Source: Segetibacter sp.
Lineage (GTDB): Bacteria; Bacteroidota; Bacteroidia; Chitinophagales; Chitinophagaceae
NCBI GenBank assembly: GCA_043736115.1
Contig: JAYTDC010000068.1
Coordinates: forward strand, 409 to 64,408
DNA: 64,000 nt
Reading direction: 5' to 3'
Shown: in pieces, positions 1 to 9,872 of the stretch
Numbering within the stretch: the stretch's first letter is position 1
Layout: each line of letters begins with the position of its first letter
Program-made: the position numbers and the translations under genes
Notes under the pieces: generated by a model
The model's input: the letters and a program-made list of their open reading frames with translations, nothing else
Databases searched by the model: none
What the model was told of the DNA's origin: nothing

Positions 1-2
1 GC

Positions 3-896
3 AGTTTTGGCAATGCCAATACCTTCACAGGTCTTAGGGCGGGCAAATACAGGGTATCCATTTTGGATGCTAATGGCTGTGCAGGCATTACCAGCCAGGT
101 GACTATTACACAACCTGTTGCTGTAACAGGGACTGCTTCCTCTACACCTGCAACTTGTTTTGGAGGGGCTTCAGGCTCTATTACGGTTACACCATCTACA
201 GGAGTCGTACCATTTATGTACAAGCTGGGCACTACAGGAACTTTTGGCAGTTCAAATGTTTTTAACAACGTAAAAGGTGGTAATTACATCGTTTATTTAC
301 AGGATGCCAATACATGTGTAGGTTATACGACTGTTACTGTATTGCAACCAACCAAATTAAGCGCTACCTACACCAAAACAGACGAAACCTGCCCCAATGC
401 AAAAAATGGTTCAGTAACGATAACCCCTTCAGGTGCCACTCCGCCTTACAGTTACAGATTTGGTACTACAGGCAACTTTGTTTCATCCAATACCTTCAGC
501 AACCTTAAAGCTGGCAATTACAGAATTTATGTGAGGGATGCCAACAATTGTAGCGGATATTCTATACTAACTACAGTTGGGCAAACATCGCCTACATGCA
601 TCATTTCAACAAGAAATATGGCGGCCAAAACAGACATAGCTGCTACACAGCAAAGTCTTGCTGTTCAGTTGACACCTAATCCAAGCAACAGTTTTTTTAC
701 GCTGCGGGTAAAAGCTACAGAACAAAGTGCTGTACAAATAAGGGTTATTGATGTAAACGGCAAAAGCTTATTTACTGCCAAAGGAATGACTGAACAGGCT
801 TTCAGATTTGGTGAGTCATTTGCACCGGGTGTGTATATGATAGAAGTAAGGCAGGGTGATGAAGTGAAGACGGTGAAGGGTGTGAAGATGAAGTAG
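3..896 (+). CDS. SprB-repeat, T9SS type A CTD protein (5' truncated by window edge)
   Basis: Frame is open from base 3 ([26 protein letters not shown]...). It has SprB-type repeats (C-x-G-x3-GSITVTP...Y.V...DAN.C) and a C-terminal CTD (PNPS...PGVYMIEV...K.VK). Confidence 0.9.
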   Translation, partial: SFGNANTFTGLRAGKYRVSILDANGCAGITSQVTITQPVAVTGTASSTPATCFGGASGSITVTPSTGVVPFMYKLGTTGTFGSSNVFNNVKGGNYIVYLQDANTCVGYTTVTVLQPTKLSATYTKTDETCPNAKNGSVTITPSGATPPYSYRFGTTGNFVSSNTFSNLKAGNYRIYVRDANNCSGYSILTTVGQTSPTCIISTRNMAAKTDIAATQQSLAVQLTPNPSNSFFTLRVKATEQSAVQIRVIDVNGKSLFTAKGMTEQAFRFGESFAPGVYMIEVRQGDEVKTVKGVKMK

Positions 897-957
897 AATT
901 AGGAATTAGGAATTAGGAATTTGCAATGACTTATTGACAAATGACTGAATGACTGAA
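897..957. repeat. Short tandem repeats (AGGAATT x3; AATGACT(G/T) x3) in the 3' UTR
   Basis: aggaatt at 901, 908 and 915, followed by aatgactt/aatgactg/aatgactg. Confidence 0.8.
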
Positions 958-960
958 ATA

Positions 961-998
961 AAAAGCCGCCCTGACTGGATGTTGGGGCGGCTTTTTTT
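961..998 (+). terminator. Intrinsic terminator (likely bidirectional)
   Basis: aaaagccgccc-loop-gggcggc followed by T7. Confidence 0.85.
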
Positions 999-1135
999 GA
1001 TTGGTGGAAATTATATTCCGGCACGTACTTGAGGTTACATTGGAACTGTCTATGAAAAAGAACTTTGAGTATGAACTTAATCAAGACGTGCTTCACCTGC
1101 AATTAACAGTCTTCATTTGATAAGTCACGTTAAAT

Positions 1136-1168
1136 TTTGGCATTACAAATTTTCCCAAAATAGATTTG
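1136..1168 (+). promoter_or_regulatory. Bacteroidota sigma-A type promoter
   Basis: TTTG (1136-1139), 21-nt spacer, TAGATTTG (1161-1168) matches TTTG-N19-21-TAnnTTTG, about 80 nt before the ATG at 1247. Confidence 0.6.
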
Positions 1169-1246
1169 TATAAGGGGAAAAATAAAACCCCGAAAAAATA
1201 ACGATTACTTTTGAGCGGTATTTATACAATTTAAAACCTTGCTCAA

Positions 1247-3676
1247 ATGAAATTTTTAATCACCCTGTTTGTAGGTCTTCAATTCATTATTTGCCCCAAT
1301 TATTCTGTTGCACAGGCAAGGCTTGTTGCCAATGGTCCGGGCAATACGTATGAATTAATCAACAACATTCTTGCACCCAATTACACATCAATAGAAGCAC
1401 CGGATCAATGCAGCAGCCATCCATCTTTTGGCAGGCATATTGCGGAAGTATATGACTCAGCTCTTGGAAAATATGTATTTGAATTTTACATTCACGTACC
1501 CACCGGTTTTCCTGTTACTGCAACTACTGCTGATAATGACAGGTGCATTAATTTTGACAGACAAAGAGTAGAGATAAAGACTTATGAGTCTTCGCCTGAT
1601 AGTATGAAAGGAACTGTTGGCGAAATACTAACTTGCATTTGGAGATTCAAAATTCCTGCTGGCTTTCAACCCTCATCTTCATTTACACATATTCATCAAA
1701 TAAAAGCTGTTGGTGGAGATGATGATTTGCCTTTTTTTACCTTAACTCCACGCAAAGGAACCCCCAATAAAATGGAGCTTATTTATGTTGCAGATTCAAG
1801 CTCGGGTACTGTCAAATATGCCAATGTAAATTTATCATTGTTTGAAAACGTTTGGGTAGAAGCAACAGAAGTCATCAAGGTTGGAAACCCCGGCACTTAT
1901 TCAATTGTAATAAAGAGAGTGAGTGATGGGGTAACCGTGATGTCTTACACCAATCCGGGCATTAAAACTATTCGGCCGGGCAATACTTTCATCAGGCCCA
2001 AATGGGGAATTTACAGAAGTTTAAATGCGCCTGCTGACCTGCGTGATGAAACACTACGCATTGCTGATATTTCTATAACAGATGGCACACCAACAGTCAC
2101 CATTAGCACTGCAAATACGACATTTTGCAGCAATAATAGTGTTGTGTTTACTGCTGCGAATAATAATGGGGGAATAGCCCCAACCTATCAATGGAAAAAC
2201 AATGGGACAAATATTGACACAGGTGCAACCATAACTGTTTCAGCCGGTGTGTTGCATAATGGTGATGTGATTACTTGTGTTTTAACAGTCAATAACCCTG
2301 TTCAAACAAATAATATTGATATAAGCAATGCCATTAAAATGACGGTAAAATCAAGCTCTGTTTCTACAACAAACACAAGCATTTGCCCGGTTGAATTGCC
2401 TTATCACTGGAATGGGTTAACCTTTTCGGGTGCAGGTACACAATCCAAAACATTTACAGGAGGCAATGCACAAGGATGCGACAGCACTGCTACATTGGTA
2501 TTGGCAGTTAATCAACCTACTACTTCAGATACTACTGCCGCTGTTTGTAATACGTTTACCTGGCACGACAGCACGTACAAAGCATCAACAGATGCCATTT
2601 GGCACACTACCAACGCAGCAGGTTGCGACAGTGCCAGAACATTACACCTGACTATTACTTCTGTTACCTCTAATACCACTAAAACAAATGCTACATGCTA
2701 TGGTACTGCAACAGGTTCTTTCACTGTAAACCCTACTTATGGTGTTAGTCCTTTTACCTATCGCATAGGTACAACAAGCAGTTATGTATCATCCAATGTA
2801 TTTAATAACCTTAAGGCAGGCAAATACACGGCTTCCATTTTAGATGCCAATGGCTGTGCAGGTATTACCAGCCAGGTAACCATAACCCAACCTGTTGCTG
2901 TTACAGGCTCTGCATCCTCTACACCTGCAACTTGTTATGGAGTCGCCACAGGTTCTATTACGGTTACACCATCTACAGGCGTTGCACCATTTATGTACAG
3001 GTTAGGCACTACAGGAACCTTTGGCAGTTCAAATGTCTTTAGTAATGTAAAAGGTGGTAATTACATCATTTATTTACTGGATGCAAATACATGTATAGGT
3101 AATAAATCAGTCACTGTATTACAACCAACCAAATTAAGCGCCACCTTTACCCAAACACCTGAAACCTGCCCCAATGCAAAAAATGGTTCAGTAACAGTAA
3201 CCCCGTCAGGTGCAACCCCGCCTTATACTTACAGATTTGGCAGTACAGGAAGCTTTGGTACCAACAATACCTTCAGCAACCTGGCAGCCGGCAGTTACAG
3301 AAGTTATGTAAATGATGCCAACAATTGTAGTGGCTATTCTATTTTGACTACTGTGGGGCGTACATTGACTGTTTGCCCCATTGCAACAAGAAATATGGCG
3401 GCCAAAACAGACATAGCTGCTACACAGCAGGGGCTTGCTTTTCAGCTGACACCCAACCCAAGCGACAGTTATTTTACGTTGCGTGTAAAAGCTGCGCATA
3501 ATGAGGCTATACAGTTAAGGGTGATTGATGTAAACGGTATAAGCTTGTTTACTGCCAAAGGAATGGCTGAACAGGCTTTTAAATTTGGTGAGTCATTTGC
3601 ACCGGGTGTGTACATGATAGAAGTTATGCAGGGTGATGAAGTGAAAACCGTGAAAGCGATAAAAATCAGGAATTAA
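1247..3676 (+). CDS. T9SS cargo: polysaccharide-lyase-like (heparin lyase I/PL7-like jelly roll) head + Ig-like + 3 SprB repeats + CTD
   Basis: Signal peptide; motifs RQRVEIK, HIHQIK, RPKWGIYRS; GCDS neck repeats; three SprB repeats; CTD. Confidence 0.8.
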   Translation: MKFLITLFVGLQFIICPNYSVAQARLVANGPGNTYELINNILAPNYTSIEAPDQCSSHPSFGRHIAEVYDSALGKYVFEFYIHVPTGFPVTATTADNDRCINFDRQRVEIKTYESSPDSMKGTVGEILTCIWRFKIPAGFQPSSSFTHIHQIKAVGGDDDLPFFTLTPRKGTPNKMELIYVADSSSGTVKYANVNLSLFENVWVEATEVIKVGNPGTYSIVIKRVSDGVTVMSYTNPGIKTIRPGNTFIRPKWGIYRSLNAPADLRDETLRIADISITDGTPTVTISTANTTFCSNNSVVFTAANNNGGIAPTYQWKNNGTNIDTGATITVSAGVLHNGDVITCVLTVNNPVQTNNIDISNAIKMTVKSSSVSTTNTSICPVELPYHWNGLTFSGAGTQSKTFTGGNAQGCDSTATLVLAVNQPTTSDTTAAVCNTFTWHDSTYKASTDAIWHTTNAAGCDSARTLHLTITSVTSNTTKTNATCYGTATGSFTVNPTYGVSPFTYRIGTTSSYVSSNVFNNLKAGKYTASILDANGCAGITSQVTITQPVAVTGSASSTPATCYGVATGSITVTPSTGVAPFMYRLGTTGTFGSSNVFSNVKGGNYIIYLLDANTCIGNKSVTVLQPTKLSATFTQTPETCPNAKNGSVTVTPSGATPPYTYRFGSTGSFGTNNTFSNLAAGSYRSYVNDANNCSGYSILTTVGRTLTVCPIATRNMAAKTDIAATQQGLAFQLTPNPSDSYFTLRVKAAHNEAIQLRVIDVNGISLFTAKGMAEQAFKFGESFAPGVYMIEVMQGDEVKTVKAIKIRN

Positions 3677-3733
3677 GCATTAGGAATTATAAACGGTCAA
3701 TAACTTGTTGACCAATGACTCAATGACTTGTAT

Positions 3734-3773
3734 AAAAAGAGCCGCTCCGACTGATTGTTTGAGTGGCTTTTTT
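3734..3773 (+). terminator. Intrinsic terminator
   Basis: gccgctc-loop-gagtggc followed by T6; homologous to 961-998. Confidence 0.8.
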
Positions 3774-3888
3774 AGTTACATAAATTTTGAAACTAATTAT
3801 TACTTCTTGCAGATGAAAGTAATACGGACTTCCATCCCATAATTCACCCGATTCATCCCATTTATTTTTTAGGATTGATTTACTGTTC

Positions 3889-3896
3889 TAAGTTTG
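3889..3896 (+). promoter_or_regulatory. Candidate -7 promoter box for the 4440 gene
   Basis: TAAGTTTG matches TAnnTTTG; no clear -33 TTTG. Confidence 0.35.
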
Positions 3897-4439
3897 AGAA
3901 TGTTTGTGATAATCAATTGGTATTGAAGCGGAAAAGAAGGGATGAGTTGGGAGGATAATGTCAATCATTTTTGTTGAGTTATTTAATTTACTTATGTTTA
4001 ATTTACTCAACAAAATATTTTTTTAATGAAAGAATCAACTTAGATTTAACAAATAGATTTATTTTTTTAACAGTTGTCATCTATCAGAATTAGCAACTCC
4101 TATACCTGGCAACTCTTTTTTGGCCCACTCGTCTTAGGTCAGTTTTTGGAATCTAATCATACAGCATTTTTTGACCCCTGCTTTTAAAAAGCAGACTGCG
4201 ATTTGTTTTTTTATAACCATTTTTTGCTGCTGCTTTCCTATAAAAAACCACCACTTTTCTTAATCCAAATTTTCTGTGCAATACTATAGGGTTTGTTTAA
4301 TGCCCCGCCGCGGCGGGCAAATGCCTTTACCCATCTATTGCGCATGGTTTTCCATGGTGCGGGTGAAAGCAGGCAAGGTGGCATTGCATAACCTTTGAAA
4401 AAACTAAAGTCATTGAACCATTATAAAAAATAGACCAAA

Positions 4440-7400
4440 ATGAAAACATACACTACCCTAAGGCTTAATTCAGCATTGAGAGCAATGCTATGCAGCAACT
4501 ATCAACTGTTTGCCAAAAACCTGAACAGGAAATTATTTATGGCAATTGCATTGACCATTTTCCTCTGTTCATTTAACAGGGCAAATGCACAAGGCCCCCC
4601 TAATTTACCACCAACAGACATTGCTTTGTCCCCAACCTCCGTAAACGAAAATGTTCCTGCTAATACAGTAGTCGGTACCCTTAGCACCGAAGACCCCGAT
4701 GCGGGCAATACTTTTACCTATTCGTTGGTATCCGGTACAGGCAGCACCGACAATTCCTCATTTATTATTGCAGGCAATGGTATAAAAATCAACATAAGCC
4801 CCGACTACGAAACCGAAAGCGTTTATGCTATTCGTGTAAAAACAACCGATCAGGGCGGGTTTTCATTTGAAAAAGAATTCACCATTACCATCAACGATTT
4901 GTGTGACATTCCTACACCAACTATTTCAGCAGGTGGAGCTACAACCTTCTGTACAGGTGGTTCAGTTGTTTTGTCATCCAGTTCCACCACCGGCAATCAG
5001 TGGTATGTTGATGGAAACATCATGAATGGTGAAACCAATCAGGATTATACAGCAACAGCAAGCGGAACTTATACGGTGGTAGTTGCTGCCAACGGCTGTT
5101 CTTCATCACCTTCACTTGGTAGTGTTGTTACAGTAAATGTCATTCCATCCACACCAACTATTTCAGCGGGTGGAGCTACAACCTTCTGTACAGGCGATTC
5201 GGTTACTTTATCTGCATCCGGTGCCAGTATCCTTTATCAGCGGTATGCATCAACTGTTATTAATTTTAGTTCAGAATATACTCCAACAGATTGGAGTGCC
5301 AACCAGGTACTTGGCGCACCTGATGTATATCCTTCTTATGGAGATTTAGTTAATGCATGGGCGAGCTTAAACGCTGATGATTCCCGTGAGTACCTTGAAT
5401 TAGGTTACTCCAATCCGGCTCCCATCAACTTCATTGATATCTATGAAACCTATTCACCGGGTGCGGTTGACACAGTGTATGTTAAAAATCCGAATACCGG
5501 TTTGTTTGAAATCGTTTATACAGCTACTGCGGTAGCAGCACCTGCGGTTGCACGCATATTGCACATTACATTTCCTGAAACAAGCTTTAATGTTTCGGAA
5601 ATACGAATTGCGATAAATTCAGGGGCAGTGCCCGACTTTAATGAAATTGATGCAGTGGCAATAGGAAAGGAGGGCAATTATTTATGGTCAACAGGTGCAA
5701 ATACACAAAGTATTACCGTTAAAACAGCAGGCAGCTATACGGTGCAGGTCACCAACAGCAATGGTTGTAGTGCAACATCTGCGGCCACCACAGTAACAGT
5801 AAATTCCATTTTTCCTACAATTACCGTATCTACCCTGCCTGCAACTTCCACTGTGGTTGATTTTGATAATACTGCCAGTGCTATTACCGGTTCGTTTAGT
5901 TTTTGGCCTAGCGGTACTTTTTCACAACCTTTTACACCCCAAATCACAGGTCAACTTAATCAAATAGGCATATCTGTTAATTTTAATGCTGGATTCGTCA
6001 TGTATGATATTAGTTTATCAATAACGGATGGAGTAACTACTCTTCATCAACAAAAATTTTCTTTTTCCGGTACAGGTCCTCGAGGTATAACGTTATCTAA
6101 TCCTGTAAATGTAATTTCCGGTAGCCAATATTATATTATAATATCATGGTCTTGGATTGGTGATCCCAGTACTATGTTGGGGTGGGCAGTTGATTTAAAT
6201 AACGCTGACTTAATTTACAAAACGTATATTCTTCCAACGCCTACAGTATGTGCAGGCTCACCTGCAACACTCACTGCCTCGGGAGCAACATCCTATAGCT
6301 GGAGTGGAGGGGTTACCAACGGGGTTCCTTTTAATCCTTCAACTTCTGCAACATATACTGTAACTGGTACAACGAATGGATGCAGCAGTACGGCAACACA
6401 GATGATAAATGTTACCCCCAACAATACCGCCGGAGTGCCTTCCTCCAATCCTACGGCTTGTATCAATACTGCGTTGACCGATATCATACAAAGTACAACA
6501 GGAGCAACCGGTATTGCAGATGATGGAGTAAGCGGAGTAAACGGATTACCGGCAGGTGTTTCTGCAACCTGGGCAAGTGACCAGATTACAATAAGTGGAA
6601 CACCAACTGCAAGTGGCACATTCAACTACAGCATTCCATTGACAGGTGGTTGCGGTAGTGTAAATGCAACGGGAGCAATTACTGTAGGGCAACCCACTAC
6701 TTCTGATACCACTGCTGCTGTTTGTAATAAGTTTACGTGGCACGATAGTACTTACAAAGTATCAACAGATGCCATTTGGCACACCACCACTGCAGCCGGT
6801 TGCGATAGTGCAAGGACACTGCACCTCACTATATTATCGGTTACTTCAACAACTTCCAAAACAGATGCTGCATGCTATGGTTCGTCAACAGGTGCTATAA
6901 CTGTAAACCCTACTGATGGTGTTAGTCCGTTTACCTATCGCATAGGTACGGTGAGTAGTTATGTCTCCACAAACACTTTCAATAATCTTAGGGCAGGAAA
7001 ATACAGGGTGTCTATCTTGGATGCCAACGGCTGTGCAGGCATAACAAGTCAGGTAACTATTACCCAGCCTTTAGCTCTTACAGGCACTGCTTCTGTTGCC
7101 AATGCAACTTGTTATGGAGGCGCCAAAGGTTCAATTGCCGTAACACCATCAACAGGCATTGCACCGTATATGTACAAGTTAGGAACTACAGGCACTTTTG
7201 GCAGTTCAAACCTGTTCAGCAATTTAAAAGCCGGAGCATACAGGGTGTATATTCAGGATATAAATAGTTGTGTGGGTAATATTGTGGTAACATTAACCCA
7301 ACCAACCAAACTTAGCGCTACCCACACCAAAACAGATGAAACCTGCCCGAATGCAAAAAATGGTTCATTAACGGTAACCGGTGCAGGTGGTACAGCCAAT

Positions 7401-7802
7401 ACTTTTAATAACCTCAAAGCAGCGCAGTATAGGGTATTTATTAATGACGCCAATAACTGTACAGGTTATTCTATTGGGGTACCAATTTTGCAAACACAAC
7501 CTATCTGCCCCATTGTAACAAGAGATATAGCAGCCAAAACAGACATAGCCACTACACAGCAAGGTCTTGCTGTTCAGTTATCTCCCAACCCAAGCAACAG
7601 CTATTTTACGTTGCGTGTAAAAGCTACAGAACAAAGTGCTGTACAAATAAGGGTGATTGATGTAAACGGCAGAAGCATGTTTACAGCCAAAGGACTACCC
7701 GAACAGGCTTTCAGATTTGGTGAATCATTTGCACCGGGTTTGTACATGATAGAAGTAAGACAAGGGGATGGAGTGAAAACGGTGAAAGCAGTGAAGAATT
7801 AA
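4440..7802 (+). CDS. T9SS cargo: cadherin-like domain + Ig-like repeats with two inserted domains + 3 SprB repeats + CTD
   Basis: Cadherin-like PTDIALS..VNEN...EDPD...DYE....IRV..TDQGG; [13 protein letters not shown] Ig repeats; SprB stalk; CTD. Confidence 0.85.
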   Translation: MKTYTTLRLNSALRAMLCSNYQLFAKNLNRKLFMAIALTIFLCSFNRANAQGPPNLPPTDIALSPTSVNENVPANTVVGTLSTEDPDAGNTFTYSLVSGTGSTDNSSFIIAGNGIKINISPDYETESVYAIRVKTTDQGGFSFEKEFTITINDLCDIPTPTISAGGATTFCTGGSVVLSSSSTTGNQWYVDGNIMNGETNQDYTATASGTYTVVVAANGCSSSPSLGSVVTVNVIPSTPTISAGGATTFCTGDSVTLSASGASILYQRYASTVINFSSEYTPTDWSANQVLGAPDVYPSYGDLVNAWASLNADDSREYLELGYSNPAPINFIDIYETYSPGAVDTVYVKNPNTGLFEIVYTATAVAAPAVARILHITFPETSFNVSEIRIAINSGAVPDFNEIDAVAIGKEGNYLWSTGANTQSITVKTAGSYTVQVTNSNGCSATSAATTVTVNSIFPTITVSTLPATSTVVDFDNTASAITGSFSFWPSGTFSQPFTPQITGQLNQIGISVNFNAGFVMYDISLSITDGVTTLHQQKFSFSGTGPRGITLSNPVNVISGSQYYIIISWSWIGDPSTMLGWAVDLNNADLIYKTYILPTPTVCAGSPATLTASGATSYSWSGGVTNGVPFNPSTSATYTVTGTTNGCSSTATQMINVTPNNTAGVPSSNPTACINTALTDIIQSTTGATGIADDGVSGVNGLPAGVSATWASDQITISGTPTASGTFNYSIPLTGGCGSVNATGAITVGQPTTSDTTAAVCNKFTWHDSTYKVSTDAIWHTTTAAGCDSARTLHLTILSVTSTTSKTDAACYGSSTGAITVNPTDGVSPFTYRIGTVSSYVSTNTFNNLRAGKYRVSILDANGCAGITSQVTITQPLALTGTASVANATCYGGAKGSIAVTPSTGIAPYMYKLGTTGTFGSSNLFSNLKAGAYRVYIQDINSCVGNIVVTLTQPTKLSATHTKTDETCPNAKNGSLTVTGAGGTANTFNNLKAAQYRVFINDANNCTGYSIGVPILQTQPICPIVTRDIAAKTDIATTQQGLAVQLSPNPSNSYFTLRVKATEQSAVQIRVIDVNGRSMFTAKGLPEQAFRFGESFAPGLYMIEVRQGDGVKTVKAVKN

Positions 7803-7844
7803 CAGTTATGAGTTTAGGATGAACAATGAATATTGTTTGCTGAT

Positions 7845-7878
7845 AAAGACCCGCTGCCAATTGCAGCGGGTCTTTTTA
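7845..7878 (+). terminator. Intrinsic terminator
   Basis: aaagacccgctgc-loop-gcagcgggtcttt followed by Ts. Confidence 0.9.
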
Positions 7879-8156
7879 TTAGAGCCCAATAGCCAACTTA
7901 CATAATTTATTCATCATTACTACTTCTGATCTTTATCGTAACTTTGAACAATAACCTTTTCAAAAGATACTTGTCCCTAATGGAATTCAGTTGAGACTTT
8001 GTGTGGAATCAATTGTATCCCAAAAGCTTAATATTTTAAAGTACTACAACTTATATGTTGGATTGATTTATCTGAAGAAAACCCGTTTTCAAATCCAATA
8101 TTTTATATAAACACTTCTGGCTTTTTATTTTTCATTATCATTAAACCAAACTACTC

Positions 8157-9872
8157 GTGAAGAAAATTATTACACTTCTACTTTTATTGCCATTGTCGGT
8201 ATTTGCAACCACATTTACAGTAAGCAATACAAATGATGCTGGTACGGGCAGCTTACGACAAGTTATAACGAATGCCAATGCAGATGCCAATGCCCCACAC
8301 ATTATAAACATTACAGTTAGTGGCACAATAAGTCTCTTGTCTGATTTGCCCGCATTGTCTAAGAGTACCACTATCAATGGAGCTTCAGCAGGCTCCGTCA
8401 TTTCCGGCAATAATCTCCACCGCATCTTTCGGGCTATAGGCACCAGCACCAACCTTATCAATATACAACTGCGCAGGCTTACGCTACAAAATGCTTATCT
8501 CACAGTGGCAGGTCCTGACCTGGCCGGAGGTGCAGCATTATACGGAAACTATATTGGCGTTATTGTAATAGAAGATTGCCATTTTAAAAACGACACTACC
8601 AAAGTAACGACTACAGATAGTTATGCTGAAGTAAGGGGCGGTGCCTGTTACCTAAACGCAACAGGAAGCATTCCTAACGGTTCCTCTGCCATCATCAGGA
8701 GGTGTACCTTTTCTGGCAATGCCGCTATATTAGCTTCTAATCAAACTGCTTATACCGATGGGGGTGCTTTGTACAGTATTTCGCTGACCGATACTATTGA
8801 AAACTGCACTTTTACAAACAACTATTGCAGTGGCAGGTCTGTCATTGCCGGAGGTTCTGTCAGGGCCTCCGGTGCAGGTGTTGCGTTTTATGGTTCATCT
8901 GTTCGTTTTATAAATTGCACAATTGCATACAATAGTTGTGCAGGCCAGCAGACAGCGGGTGGTTCTGTTGATTCATTGGGTGCAGGTGTTCGTCTGCTCA
9001 AATACGGGTTTGCAACTTATTTTAAGAATTGCATAATAGATAAAAACACAGGCAGCGGTACGCCCAATATTTATCCGGCAGGCTTTGTATCAGAGGGGTA
9101 CAATGTGATAGGCAGCACAGGTGCGGTACCCGCTAATAATTTTGTGGCTACTGATACCATCAATGCCAATTCCAGGGTTAATGTCTTAGCCAATAATGGC
9201 GGTCTTACTCCGACCTGTTCTATACAATCCAATAGTGTTGCGGTAAATAGGGTGCCCGCAGGTGGGGCACCTGATACCGACCAGCGTGGATACTTAAGGG
9301 CGGGAAAACCTGATGCCGGGGCATACGAATACAACGGGGCTATTTTCCCCCTTCATCTGCTAAGTTTTTCTGCTTTGCAAAAAGACCGGAATGTTCAGCT
9401 AAAATGGACGACAGCCAATGAAATCAATGTTGCTGATTTTATTATAGAACGAAGTATTGAGGGAAAAGACTTTTATGTTATAGGCGAAAAAGCAGCTTAT
9501 GGTAACAGTACATCTAACAAAAGCTATTATTTCGCAGATAACAAGCCACTGAAAGGCAAAAGTTATTATCGCCTGAAAATGGTTGACATGGACGGAAAAT
9601 ATACTTATTCTATAACTATTGTGATTACTATCAAACCGGCTGACAAGCTGACCATATATCAAAACCCCGTTGTAGAAAAATTAGCATTTAGCATATCAGG
9701 CAGTGCAACTACGGCAAGGTTGTATGATATGGAAGGAAAGCTGATGATGGAGAAAAAAATAGCAACCGGCGACAATCAAATAGCCGTGCGATCTTTAACC
9801 AAAGGAAGCTATATTTTGCAGGTTTACGAAAATAGTGAATTAATAGGCAAGGTGACCTTTATAAAATTGTAG
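8157..9872 (+). CDS. T9SS cargo with right-handed beta-helix and choice-of-anchor-Q-like domain
   Basis: GTG start; signal peptide; TVSNTNDAGTGSLRQ; repeated I.NCTF..N strands; LANNGG.TPT...DQRG.....DAGAYEY; P..L..F.A Ig domain + CTD. Confidence 0.8.
   Translation: MKKIITLLLLLPLSVFATTFTVSNTNDAGTGSLRQVITNANADANAPHIINITVSGTISLLSDLPALSKSTTINGASAGSVISGNNLHRIFRAIGTSTNLINIQLRRLTLQNAYLTVAGPDLAGGAALYGNYIGVIVIEDCHFKNDTTKVTTTDSYAEVRGGACYLNATGSIPNGSSAIIRRCTFSGNAAILASNQTAYTDGGALYSISLTDTIENCTFTNNYCSGRSVIAGGSVRASGAGVAFYGSSVRFINCTIAYNSCAGQQTAGGSVDSLGAGVRLLKYGFATYFKNCIIDKNTGSGTPNIYPAGFVSEGYNVIGSTGAVPANNFVATDTINANSRVNVLANNGGLTPTCSIQSNSVAVNRVPAGGAPDTDQRGYLRAGKPDAGAYEYNGAIFPLHLLSFSALQKDRNVQLKWTTANEINVADFIIERSIEGKDFYVIGEKAAYGNSTSNKSYYFADNKPLKGKSYYRLKMVDMDGKYTYSITIVITIKPADKLTIYQNPVVEKLAFSISGSATTARLYDMEGKLMMEKKIATGDNQIAVRSLTKGSYILQVYENSELIGKVTFIKL

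Noticed and set aside
899-1102. 67-aa minus-strand ORF
   Set aside because: Spans the terminator and short tandem repeats; no protein-like features.
3-7802. Diversity-generating retroelement or invertase shufflon behind the paralog similarity
   Set aside because: No reverse transcriptase or recombinase in the window, differences are not visibly adenine-specific, and no inverted recombination sites were seen.
8141-8461. Antisense ORFs in the track overlapping long genes (e.g. 8141-8461, 6293-6625, 42716-43192, 59397-59792, 62569-63060)
   Set aside because: Shadow frames of well-supported genes on the opposite strand.
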